A stretch of 64,000 nucleotides of DNA. Origin: a virus. Made by a program: the position numbers and the translations under genes. The stretch lies in IMG/VR virus record IMGVR_UViG_3300045988_086533, positions 5,140 through 69,139 of that record; one strand, 5' to 3'. The notes below the pieces were generated by a model. That model saw only the letters and a list, made by a program, of their open reading frames with translations. It was not told the origin of the DNA and searched no databases. Positions 54,863-61,839 of the stretch are shown here, piece after piece (position 1 is the stretch's first letter; each line of letters opens with the position of its first letter).

Positions 54863-55555
54863 ATGAATAATGAAAACTATGAATTATATCAAGGTGATTG
54901 CTTGGTCGTTATGGATAAACTGATTGAGGATGGGATAAAAGTAGATGCAGTAATATCAGATCCACCTTATGGGATGGAGTTTAAAAGTAATCGTAGAAAG
55001 GAAAAATATGAAAAAATTAGTAATGATGATGATTTATCATTTTTAGATGAATATTTTCAAAAATGTAATAGGCTGTTAAAAGATGATACTCATATATATT
55101 GCTTTTGTAGTTGGCATAATATAGATAAATTTAAGATTGCCTTTGAAAAATACTTTACATTAAAAAATATAATAGTATGGGAAAAGAATAATGCATCTAT
55201 GGGTGATTTGTATGGATCATATGCTCCTAAGCACGAATTTATATTATTTGGGCATAAGGGGAGAAGATTAAGAAATGGTAAAAGATTACCGGATGTTATA
55301 CAAGCCAAAAGAACTGGAAATAAATTACATCCAACACAAAAACCCGTTGATTTATTAGAGATTTTTATAAAACAATCAACAAATGAAAATGATGTAATTT
55401 TAGATTCATTTATGGGTAGTGGTAGCACTGGGGTTGCTTGTTTAAAAACCAAAAGGAGATTTATAGGCATTGAAAAAGAGGAAAAATATTTTAATATAAC
55501 TAAAGAACGACTAGCATATGCTAGCTTAAATAATAGACAAAAAAAATTATTTTAG
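54863..55555 (+). CDS. beta-class DNA methyltransferase, motif IV DPPY (likely N6-adenine)
   Basis: SDPPYG and FMGSGSTG. ATG at 54863. Ends ..NNRQKKLF. Confidence 0.8.
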   Translation: MNNENYELYQGDCLVVMDKLIEDGIKVDAVISDPPYGMEFKSNRRKEKYEKISNDDDLSFLDEYFQKCNRLLKDDTHIYCFCSWHNIDKFKIAFEKYFTLKNIIVWEKNNASMGDLYGSYAPKHEFILFGHKGRRLRNGKRLPDVIQAKRTGNKLHPTQKPVDLLEIFIKQSTNENDVILDSFMGSGSTGVACLKTKRRFIGIEKEEKYFNITKERLAYASLNNRQKKLF

Positions 55556-55556
55556 A

Positions 55557-55591
55557 GTTAGTAAACTGTATAGTTTTTCTATACTATATAT
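55557..55591 (+). promoter_or_regulatory. phage-specific promoter motif, copy 10 (P1 of cassette A)
   Basis: GTTAGTAAA-N14-TATACTATATAT. Starts 2 nt after the methyltransferase stop. Confidence 0.55.
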
Positions 55592-55595
55592 GTAA

Positions 55596-55642
55596 CTTAT
55601 TATTAAATTATTTTATTATTTTAATTTTTATTATTTTCTTAT
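55596..55642 (+). repeat. AT-only iterated tract (ATTATTTT-type units)
   Basis: cttattattaaattattttattattttaatttttattattttctt. Confidence 0.5.
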
Positions 55643-55726
55643 ATGACCCAGTAGTGTATAATAAGAGAGTAGGTGATTAACTTCATATAACCAACTAAGA
55701 AATTATTAACAATCCCCATATTTATA

Positions 55727-55760
55727 TTCCAACGGCTTGGTAACCCGTTGGAATTTTTTT
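55727..55760 (+). terminator. intrinsic terminator of cassette A RNA
   Basis: TTCCAACGG / CCGTTGGAA stem followed by T7. Confidence 0.65.
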
Positions 55761-55770
55761 ATTTATTTTA

Positions 55771-55805
55771 GTTAGTAAAATTTGGTATTTTTATATACTA
55801 TATTT
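55771..55805 (+). promoter_or_regulatory. phage-specific promoter motif, copy 11 (P2 of cassette A)
   Basis: GTTAGTAAA-N14-TATACTATATTT. Precedes 55844. Confidence 0.5.
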
Positions 55806-55843
55806 GTAACACAAGATAAATAAAATTTGGAGGAGTGATTTAT

Positions 55844-56539
55844 ATGAGATTAAATTTAATAGGTAATGAAGCTGATAGACAACTTGTATTAGCTAAGGAA
55901 CAAGAAGGGAAAATAAATTTAGTTAACCTACTTAAGAAATATGGTGATGTAGTAGATTATATGACTGAACCAATGGTAGCTAATTTTTATGGAGTGCCAA
56001 ATAAAACTATTAAAACGTTAGCAACTAGAAATGAAAGTGAGTTAAAAGGATATGGATATAAAGTATATAAAAAAAGTGAAATCCTAAAGTTTCAAGATGA
56101 AACTTTAGAGAATGTACCAAATAGAGGATTAAGATTATATCCAACTAAAGCGGTAATAGTGGTAGGTATGATGTTAACTGATAGTCCAGTTGCCGAACAA
56201 TTAAGAAGGGATATAATGGACATATTATTTGGCAAGGAAGTTGCGATACCAACTGAGAGCACTATTAGAAATGTAGTTAGTACTGAACTTGACAAAAGAG
56301 TACCACAATTGGTTGGGTGTAAAGATGCTCAAGTAAAAGCCATTGTTAAAGCCATTAAAGGTAATTTATTTATTAAAACTAAAAAACAAGATTATGCAAA
56401 TTATGAGACTGTAGTAGCATGGTTATTAGGGAAATATGGTGTGTATAAATTAGAGGATATACCATTTAGTGATGACTTATATGTTGAGATAAAAGATTTT
56501 GTTAAGAAATTACATCCAAGACAAAAAAGATTATTTTAG
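55844..56539 (+). CDS. ORF6N/Rha-like DNA-binding domain protein (putative regulator/antirepressor)
   Basis: ATG at 55844 after GGAGGAG. MVANFYGVPNKTIK..NRGLRLYPTKAVIVVGMMLTDSPVA resembles ORF6N. Ends ..RQKRLF. Confidence 0.45.
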   Translation: MRLNLIGNEADRQLVLAKEQEGKINLVNLLKKYGDVVDYMTEPMVANFYGVPNKTIKTLATRNESELKGYGYKVYKKSEILKFQDETLENVPNRGLRLYPTKAVIVVGMMLTDSPVAEQLRRDIMDILFGKEVAIPTESTIRNVVSTELDKRVPQLVGCKDAQVKAIVKAIKGNLFIKTKKQDYANYETVVAWLLGKYGVYKLEDIPFSDDLYVEIKDFVKKLHPRQKRLF

Positions 56540-56541
56540 TA

Positions 56542-56576
56542 GTTAGTAAAACACAACTTTTTTCTATACTATATAT
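56542..56576 (+). promoter_or_regulatory. phage-specific promoter motif, copy 12 (P1 of cassette B)
   Basis: GTTAGTAAA-N14-TATACTATATAT. Confidence 0.55.
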
Positions 56577-56670
56577 GTAAGGGAAATAACCCCTCCCTTA
56601 CATACACAACCCCTTAATATTTTATTTTTTACCCCGGTACCTATTCCCCCTTTGGTATCGGGGGTTTTTT
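56577..56670 (+). ncRNA. candidate small RNA B
   Basis: 5' hairpin GTAAGGGA/TCCCTTAC, AACCCCTT box, terminator. No ATG within it. Ends are approximate. Confidence 0.4.
56632..56670 (+). terminator. intrinsic terminator of cassette B RNA
   Basis: CCCCGGTACC / GGTATCGGGG stem followed by T6. Confidence 0.6.
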
Positions 56671-56674
56671 CTTT

Positions 56675-56709
56675 GTTAGTAAAATTAGAATTTTTAATAT
56701 ACTATAAGT
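56675..56709 (+). promoter_or_regulatory. phage-specific promoter motif, copy 13 (P2 of cassette B)
   Basis: GTTAGTAAA-N14-TATACTATAAGT. Precedes 56727. Confidence 0.45.
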
Positions 56710-56726
56710 AAAGGGAGGTTTTGCAT

Positions 56727-57440
56727 ATGTATGATGTAAAAGATTTTAAATTTATTAAAAATAGATGTTGGTTTAGGACTAACTGTCCTATGTATAATAC
56801 AAAGGACTGCAATTGTAGTTGTAGTGTATATTTTCAGTATTACTATTTAGTTAATCTAGCAAATATACCACCAAATAAGCAGCAACCGGAGGACTTGAAG
56901 TTGAGCGCTGGAGATGACCTTAAAAAGTATGAATATCTTAATGGTGTGAAGAATAATATTAATGAATTTGTACATGATGGATGTAATCTATATTTATACA
57001 GTCCTTACTTTGGTAATGGTAAAACTACTTGGTCCATAAAGTTGATGAGCAAATATTTTAGTAATATTTGGAATGGCAATGGCACTCGTTGTAGAGGTCT
57101 ATTCATCAATGTAGATGAATTTCTAATGGCTAAAAGAAATGCCATAAAACGACCTGACTTAAGACTAGAAGAAATGGAAAAATTAATCCCAAGCGTAGAC
57201 CTTATAGTATGGGATGACATAGGAGTTACAAAATTAAAAGAATATGACCATCAAATATTATTCAGTTTAATCAATCCTCGTATAGTAAATAACAAAGCTA
57301 ATATATTTACTAGTAATGTTATTGATGAACAATTGGATGATAATATTGGGGGTAGATTGGCAAGCAGAATATTAGATACAAGTACAATAGTTGAATTTAC
57401 TAACAAGCCACAAAGGAAACCAAAAGGGGTGAGAATATAA
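56727..57440 (+). CDS. DnaC/IstB-like AAA+ helicase loader with N-terminal Cys cluster
   Basis: Walker A FGNGKTT and Walker B LIVWDDIG. Directly upstream of DnaB. Confidence 0.6.
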   Translation: MYDVKDFKFIKNRCWFRTNCPMYNTKDCNCSCSVYFQYYYLVNLANIPPNKQQPEDLKLSAGDDLKKYEYLNGVKNNINEFVHDGCNLYLYSPYFGNGKTTWSIKLMSKYFSNIWNGNGTRCRGLFINVDEFLMAKRNAIKRPDLRLEEMEKLIPSVDLIVWDDIGVTKLKEYDHQILFSLINPRIVNNKANIFTSNVIDEQLDDNIGGRLASRILDTSTIVEFTNKPQRKPKGVRI

Positions 57441-58735
57441 TGGTACAATTGCAAGCCATAAATGATATATTAAATAATAATAACTTGGATCAATACACAG
57501 GCCAAGGAATAACAAAAGAGTACTTCAAGGACTATCAAGAAGAATTTGAGTTTATAAGTACCCATTTTAGAACTTATGGAAAAGTACCTGACTGGGAAAC
57601 ATTCATGGGAAAATTTCCGGACTTTGATGTCGTGGAAGTATTAGAGCCATTAAAATATATTATATATAACCTTAAGGAAAATTATTTATTTGATCAGGGG
57701 GTTTCATTATTTCAATCTAGCGGTGATATATTAGAACAGAACGCCTTTGATGGCTTACAACACATAGTAACAAGAGCACAACGTCTACTAGATCAAACGG
57801 TACAAAGTGGTGGTGTAAATATTAACAACATGGTAGATGAGAAAATAAAGGACTTAGAGAATAAACGTGCTAAAGGTGGTATGCTTGGAATTGGAAGTGG
57901 CTTACCTGAATTAGATAAGATACTTAATGGATGGCTGCCTGGCGAAGAATTAGTTACTATAGTTGGTAGAGTTAATCAAGGTAAATCTTGGTTGCTACAA
58001 AAGTTTTTAACCGAAGCCAACAAACAATATAAAAAAGTACTCCATTACAGTGGTGAAATGGGGGTATTACAAGTGGCATATAGAAATGATACATTAGGTA
58101 TGAACTACACTAACTCCCAATTAATGAGGGGTACAATAGGTGATGGTGACTATAAACAATATATTAACGACCTAGAAACTAATAAAGAATTACCACCATA
58201 TATAGTAGTAACTCCGGTAGACTTTGGAGGTAAAATGTTAACTGTATCTAAATTGAGAGCACTTATAAAAGAGTATAAACCGGATATAGTTGGTATAGAC
58301 CAGATATCATTAATGGAAGATGAACGACGTGGAAAGGGAGATCAAACAAGAACACAGTACACACATATAGCTCAAGATTTATTTAATATTAGTATAGAAT
58401 TTAGCATTCCAATTATAGTGGATGCCCAAGCCAACCGTAATAAGGCGGATATAGATAAGCCGGAAAACCCCGAACTTGCTGATATAGGAGAGAGTGATGG
58501 CATTGCACAAAATAGTAGTAGAGTAATTTCTTTAGTACAAACTAAAGCGGGGTTGAGCCTTAAAATAACTAAAAATAGATATGGCGAAAATAATAAGCAG
58601 CTACTATATGTGTGGGATATAGATAATGGTATATTTACTTTTGTAACTGAACAACTGGAAGATGGAGCTGACATTGAGCCACAACTACCTTTGAAAAATA
58701 AAAATAAAATAAATGATGTAACTGATGTATTTTAA
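57440..58735 (+). CDS. dnaB: replicative DNA helicase (DnaB-like)
   Basis: GSGLPELD, Walker A GRVNQGKS, IDQISLM, and a RecA-like C-terminal domain. Confidence 0.8.
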   Translation: MVQLQAINDILNNNNLDQYTGQGITKEYFKDYQEEFEFISTHFRTYGKVPDWETFMGKFPDFDVVEVLEPLKYIIYNLKENYLFDQGVSLFQSSGDILEQNAFDGLQHIVTRAQRLLDQTVQSGGVNINNMVDEKIKDLENKRAKGGMLGIGSGLPELDKILNGWLPGEELVTIVGRVNQGKSWLLQKFLTEANKQYKKVLHYSGEMGVLQVAYRNDTLGMNYTNSQLMRGTIGDGDYKQYINDLETNKELPPYIVVTPVDFGGKMLTVSKLRALIKEYKPDIVGIDQISLMEDERRGKGDQTRTQYTHIAQDLFNISIEFSIPIIVDAQANRNKADIDKPENPELADIGESDGIAQNSSRVISLVQTKAGLSLKITKNRYGENNKQLLYVWDIDNGIFTFVTEQLEDGADIEPQLPLKNKNKINDVTDVF

Positions 58736-58763
58736 AAAAAATTATAAGGAGGAATTGAGGAAT

Positions 58764-59612
58764 ATGGAAATTATTAATGATAAATATAAATTATATCAAG
58801 GTGACTGCTTAGAGATTATGGATAAATTGATTGAGGAGAGAGTAGTAGTAGACTTAACTGTAACAAGTCCTCCCTACGATGATCTAAGGGATTATGAGAA
58901 CTCTTTAACATGGAATTTCGATATATTTAAGCAAGTAGCAAATAAATTATATAAAATAACTAAAGATGGTGGCGTGGTAGTGTGGATAGTTGGAGATAAA
59001 ACTAAGAATGGAAGTGAAACAGGAACATCCTTTAAACAAGCATTATATTTTAAAGAAATAGGATTTAATTTGCATGATACTATGATATATGAAAAGAATA
59101 CTAGCAGCTTTCCTGCAAGAAAAACTGGTAATAGATATACTCAAATATTTGAGTATATGTTTGTTTTTAGTAAAGGGAAACCCAAAACAGTAAATTTAAT
59201 TTGTGATAAACCTAATAAATGGGCGGGACATACAAATTGGGGGAAAAACACACAAAGAGATGAGAATGGTGATCTGAAAGAAACTAATAAAATTAAACCA
59301 GTACCTAAATTTTCTCCAAGAAATAATATATGGAGATATGTTGTTGGTAATAGTTTTAACACAAAAGATAAAATAGCACATAAACATCCAGCTATATTTC
59401 CTGAAAAGTTAGCTGAAGACCATATATTAAGCTGGTCAAATGAAGGAGATGTAATACTAGATTGTTTTATGGGGAGTGGTACTACTGGTAAAATGGCTTT
59501 ATTAAATAATAGAAATTTTATAGGAATCGAGAAAGTAGAAAGTTATTTTAATATATCTAAAGAGCGACTAGAATATGCTAAATTAAATAATAGACAAAAG
59601 AAATTATTTTAA
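58764..59612 (+). CDS. beta-class DNA methyltransferase, motif IV SPPY (possibly N4-cytosine)
   Basis: TSPPYD and FMGSGTTG. ATG at 58764. Ends ..NNRQKKLF. Confidence 0.8.
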   Translation: MEIINDKYKLYQGDCLEIMDKLIEERVVVDLTVTSPPYDDLRDYENSLTWNFDIFKQVANKLYKITKDGGVVVWIVGDKTKNGSETGTSFKQALYFKEIGFNLHDTMIYEKNTSSFPARKTGNRYTQIFEYMFVFSKGKPKTVNLICDKPNKWAGHTNWGKNTQRDENGDLKETNKIKPVPKFSPRNNIWRYVVGNSFNTKDKIAHKHPAIFPEKLAEDHILSWSNEGDVILDCFMGSGTTGKMALLNNRNFIGIEKVESYFNISKERLEYAKLNNRQKKLF

Positions 59613-59613
59613 A

Positions 59614-59648
59614 GTTAGCAAAATGGCAATTTTTTCTATACTATATAT
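59614..59648 (+). promoter_or_regulatory. phage-specific promoter motif, copy 14 (P1 of cassette C)
   Basis: GTTAGCAAA-N14-TATACTATATAT. Confidence 0.55.
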
Positions 59649-59748
59649 GTAGAGGAAATGTGGAGGCACATTCTTCTACTCATAATATAACTCCCCTTTT
59701 TTTACCCTGACATTGGAGCGGACAGTGTCAGGGGTTTTTATTTTTTTT
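59649..59748 (+). ncRNA. candidate small RNA C
   Basis: 13-bp 5' hairpin (59649..59679), AACTCCCCTT box, terminator. Same architecture as B. Ends are approximate. Confidence 0.4.
59705..59748 (+). terminator. intrinsic terminator of cassette C RNA
   Basis: CCCTGACA / TGTCAGGG stem followed by T-runs. Confidence 0.6.
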
Positions 59749-59757
59749 AATTTGTTA

Positions 59758-59792
59758 GTTAGTAAATTTAAATAATAAAATATAATATATTT
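59758..59792 (+). promoter_or_regulatory. phage-specific promoter motif, copy 15 (P2 of cassette C, degenerate)
   Basis: GTTAGTAAA-N14-TATAATATATTT. Precedes 59808. Confidence 0.4.
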
Positions 59793-59807
59793 AAAGGAGT
59801 TGATTAT

Positions 59808-59963
59808 ATGTTAACAGGTAAAAAAATAAGAGAAATGGAAATTGAAAAGGATTTAGTAAAAGAATTAAAATGGCTTATAAACAAAGCGGTGGATAATGGG
59901 GATTTATTATTTGAACACTTAGACCCATTGTTTGATTTATTATATAAAGTACAGGAGGGATAA
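59808..59963 (+). CDS. hypothetical protein (51 aa)
   Basis: Not in the track. AAAGGAG SD. Confidence 0.4.
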   Translation: MLTGKKIREMEIEKDLVKELKWLINKAVDNGDLLFEHLDPLFDLLYKVQEG

Positions 59964-59965
59964 TT

Positions 59966-60133
59966 ATGCTACATGAAAGATGTGAACAATGTGAGGAAAG
60001 ATTAGATTATGATTATATAGTTTTAGAGTTACCTGACTATTGCAGCTATAAGAAACTTAAGTTTTGTAGCACTGATTGCTTAGACGAGTGGATAGAAAAC
60101 TTTAGTAGATGGGAGTTGTGCGAGGATGATTAA
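59966..60133 (+). CDS. hypothetical Cys-rich protein (55 aa)
   Basis: Not in the track. GGAGGGA SD. CEQCE..CSTDC. Confidence 0.4.
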   Translation: MLHERCEQCEERLDYDYIVLELPDYCSYKKLKFCSTDCLDEWIENFSRWELCEDD

Positions 60134-61118
60134 TGTTAATGGTATGGAACTTGATACAACGTACCAACAGTTATTAATAGACCTAAAAGGTAGTTTAATG
60201 AGTAATGGAATATTCTTACTAAATGATATAAAACCCACAGGAGATAACATCATGATAACTTGTCCAATTCATAAAGACGGACATGAGCATAAACCCTCTT
60301 GTGGGGTTTCTATTGTACCGAAGTATCAGGGATCTAAACTAATAGAACCTGGGACAGTGCATTGTTTTACTTGTGGATATACTGCTTCACTAACCAGTTT
60401 TATCAGTTCTTGTTTTGGATATAACGATGGTGGAATATTTGGGAATAAATGGATTAAAGCTCAGTATAATACCGGCCTAACTGTTAAAACCCGTAAGGTG
60501 GGGCTAAATTTAAGTAGACGAAGAATTACTCAAGAAGACCTACCAAACGTGCCACAGGAGGTGTTACAAGGTTACAGATACACTGTTGGTTATATGTATT
60601 CGCGTGGTTTAACGGATGACATTATTGAACAGTTTGACATTGGATATGACCGTAGAGATGACTGCATAACTATACCAGTTCCCAATTTAAAAGGTGAGGT
60701 AAAATGGATACAACGTAGAAGTATTATAGGGAAAACCTACTATATACCAAGTGGGGTTAGTAAAACTGATTATCTATTAGGAGCAAGTGAAGTTATGAAA
60801 TTAAAACTATATAAACAACCAGTATATATAGTGGAATCTCCCTTTAATATGTTAACTCTTTGGAAGTTAGGACACCCAGCAATATGTTTATTTGGTACTG
60901 GAGGAGGGAATCAGTATGCTATGTTGAATAAGTTACCTATTAGACATTATATAATAGCATTAGATCCCGATGAAGCAGGTAAAAAAGGAAGTAGAAAATT
61001 ATTACATCATTTAGGTAAGACTAAGTTATTGAGCAAGGTAAACTACTTAGATAGTAGAGACATCAACGATTTAGACACGGAATTTAACAAATTAAAAATT
61101 TCACCAATAAACTTATAA
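60126..61118 (+). CDS. dnaG: DNA primase (DnaG-like: zinc finger plus TOPRIM)
   Basis: CPIHKDGHEHKPSC..HCFTCG zinc finger. TOPRIM-like VESPFN..ALDPDEAG. Confidence 0.75.
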   Translation: MINVNGMELDTTYQQLLIDLKGSLMSNGIFLLNDIKPTGDNIMITCPIHKDGHEHKPSCGVSIVPKYQGSKLIEPGTVHCFTCGYTASLTSFISSCFGYNDGGIFGNKWIKAQYNTGLTVKTRKVGLNLSRRRITQEDLPNVPQEVLQGYRYTVGYMYSRGLTDDIIEQFDIGYDRRDDCITIPVPNLKGEVKWIQRRSIIGKTYYIPSGVSKTDYLLGASEVMKLKLYKQPVYIVESPFNMLTLWKLGHPAICLFGTGGGNQYAMLNKLPIRHYIIALDPDEAGKKGSRKLLHHLGKTKLLSKVNYLDSRDINDLDTEFNKLKISPINL

Positions 61119-61126
61119 AAAAATAG

Positions 61127-61155
61127 TTGCATAATTATATAAGTAACAATATAAT
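61127..61155 (+). promoter_or_regulatory. sigma-A-type promoter in front of the second sigma gene
   Basis: TTGCAT-17 nt-TATAAT. About 50 nt nearly identical to the promoter at 50256. Confidence 0.6.
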
Positions 61156-61206
61156 ATAAGTATAAATAAAAGATAAAAAAATATAAGTTACCAGGGGGAA
61201 TGATGT

Positions 61207-61809
61207 ATGTTTAATGATGTAGTAAAAGTATATGGAATGGAACACACTGATGAGGAATTATTAAAAGATTACCAAGCAGGATTACATAATGAAGTTATTG
61301 CATATGTATTTGAAATGAATAAAAATTTATTTTACCAAGTAAGTAAAAAATATGTTGGTGTAAGTACCGACGAAGTTACAAGTATTATATTAGAACAAAT
61401 ATGGAAATGTTTTGAAAATTATAATCCTGAAAAGAATAGTAGTGGTAAATTAACTAGTATGATATGTGTTTATATTAAGAATGCTCTTAGAACTCTAACA
61501 CAAAGTAACTCAAGCAATAAGAGAAAAGCCAACAATGGTGATCAATGTACTCCAATGAGTTGCTTTGAAACAACTGAGGATAGATGGGAAGAAACAAGCA
61601 TTGAAGATGAATATGATAAAGTTGAATTATCTGATTTAGTTAATAAAGAAGATCTATCACCAAAACAACTTCAATACTGCATGGTGGCACTAGACCATAT
61701 GTGTGACTTACAACAATCTCATATGGCGAGAGAAATTGGAGTTAGCACTGCAGGTGTTGTCGGTATTAGAAGAGCATTACAAAAGAAATTAAATTATTTA
61801 TTAGGTTAG
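61207..61809 (+). CDS. sigma-70 family (ECF-sized) sigma factor
   Basis: Region-2-like FENYNPEK..LTSMICVYIKNALR. Region-4 HTH LSPKQLQYCMVAL..MAREIGVSTAGVVGIRRAL. Confidence 0.55.
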   Translation: MFNDVVKVYGMEHTDEELLKDYQAGLHNEVIAYVFEMNKNLFYQVSKKYVGVSTDEVTSIILEQIWKCFENYNPEKNSSGKLTSMICVYIKNALRTLTQSNSSNKRKANNGDQCTPMSCFETTEDRWEETSIEDEYDKVELSDLVNKEDLSPKQLQYCMVALDHMCDLQQSHMAREIGVSTAGVVGIRRALQKKLNYLLG

Positions 61810-61839
61810 TAAATAGGGAGGTCTTACTATACTATATAT
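61805..61839 (+). promoter_or_regulatory. phage-specific promoter motif, copy 16
   Basis: GTTAGTAAA-N14-TATACTATATAT. Overlaps the sigma gene stop and its terminator. Precedes nrdJ. Confidence 0.5.

Larger units (their letters stand above)
55592..55760 (+). ncRNA. candidate small RNA A (promoter-to-terminator unit without an ORF)
   Basis: Lies between P1 (55557) and the terminator (55727). No SD-preceded ORF. Unpaired AATCCCCA box just 5' of the terminator. Ends are approximate. Confidence 0.35.

Noticed and set aside
56577-56625. Possible preQ1-type riboswitch in cassette RNA B (small hairpin with a ..UAAC CCC.. loop and an A/C-rich tail).
   Set aside because: The resemblance is superficial. 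The tail lacks the conserved A-rich ..AAAAAACUA.. segment, cassette C does not share the loop, and no queuosine-pathway gene follows.
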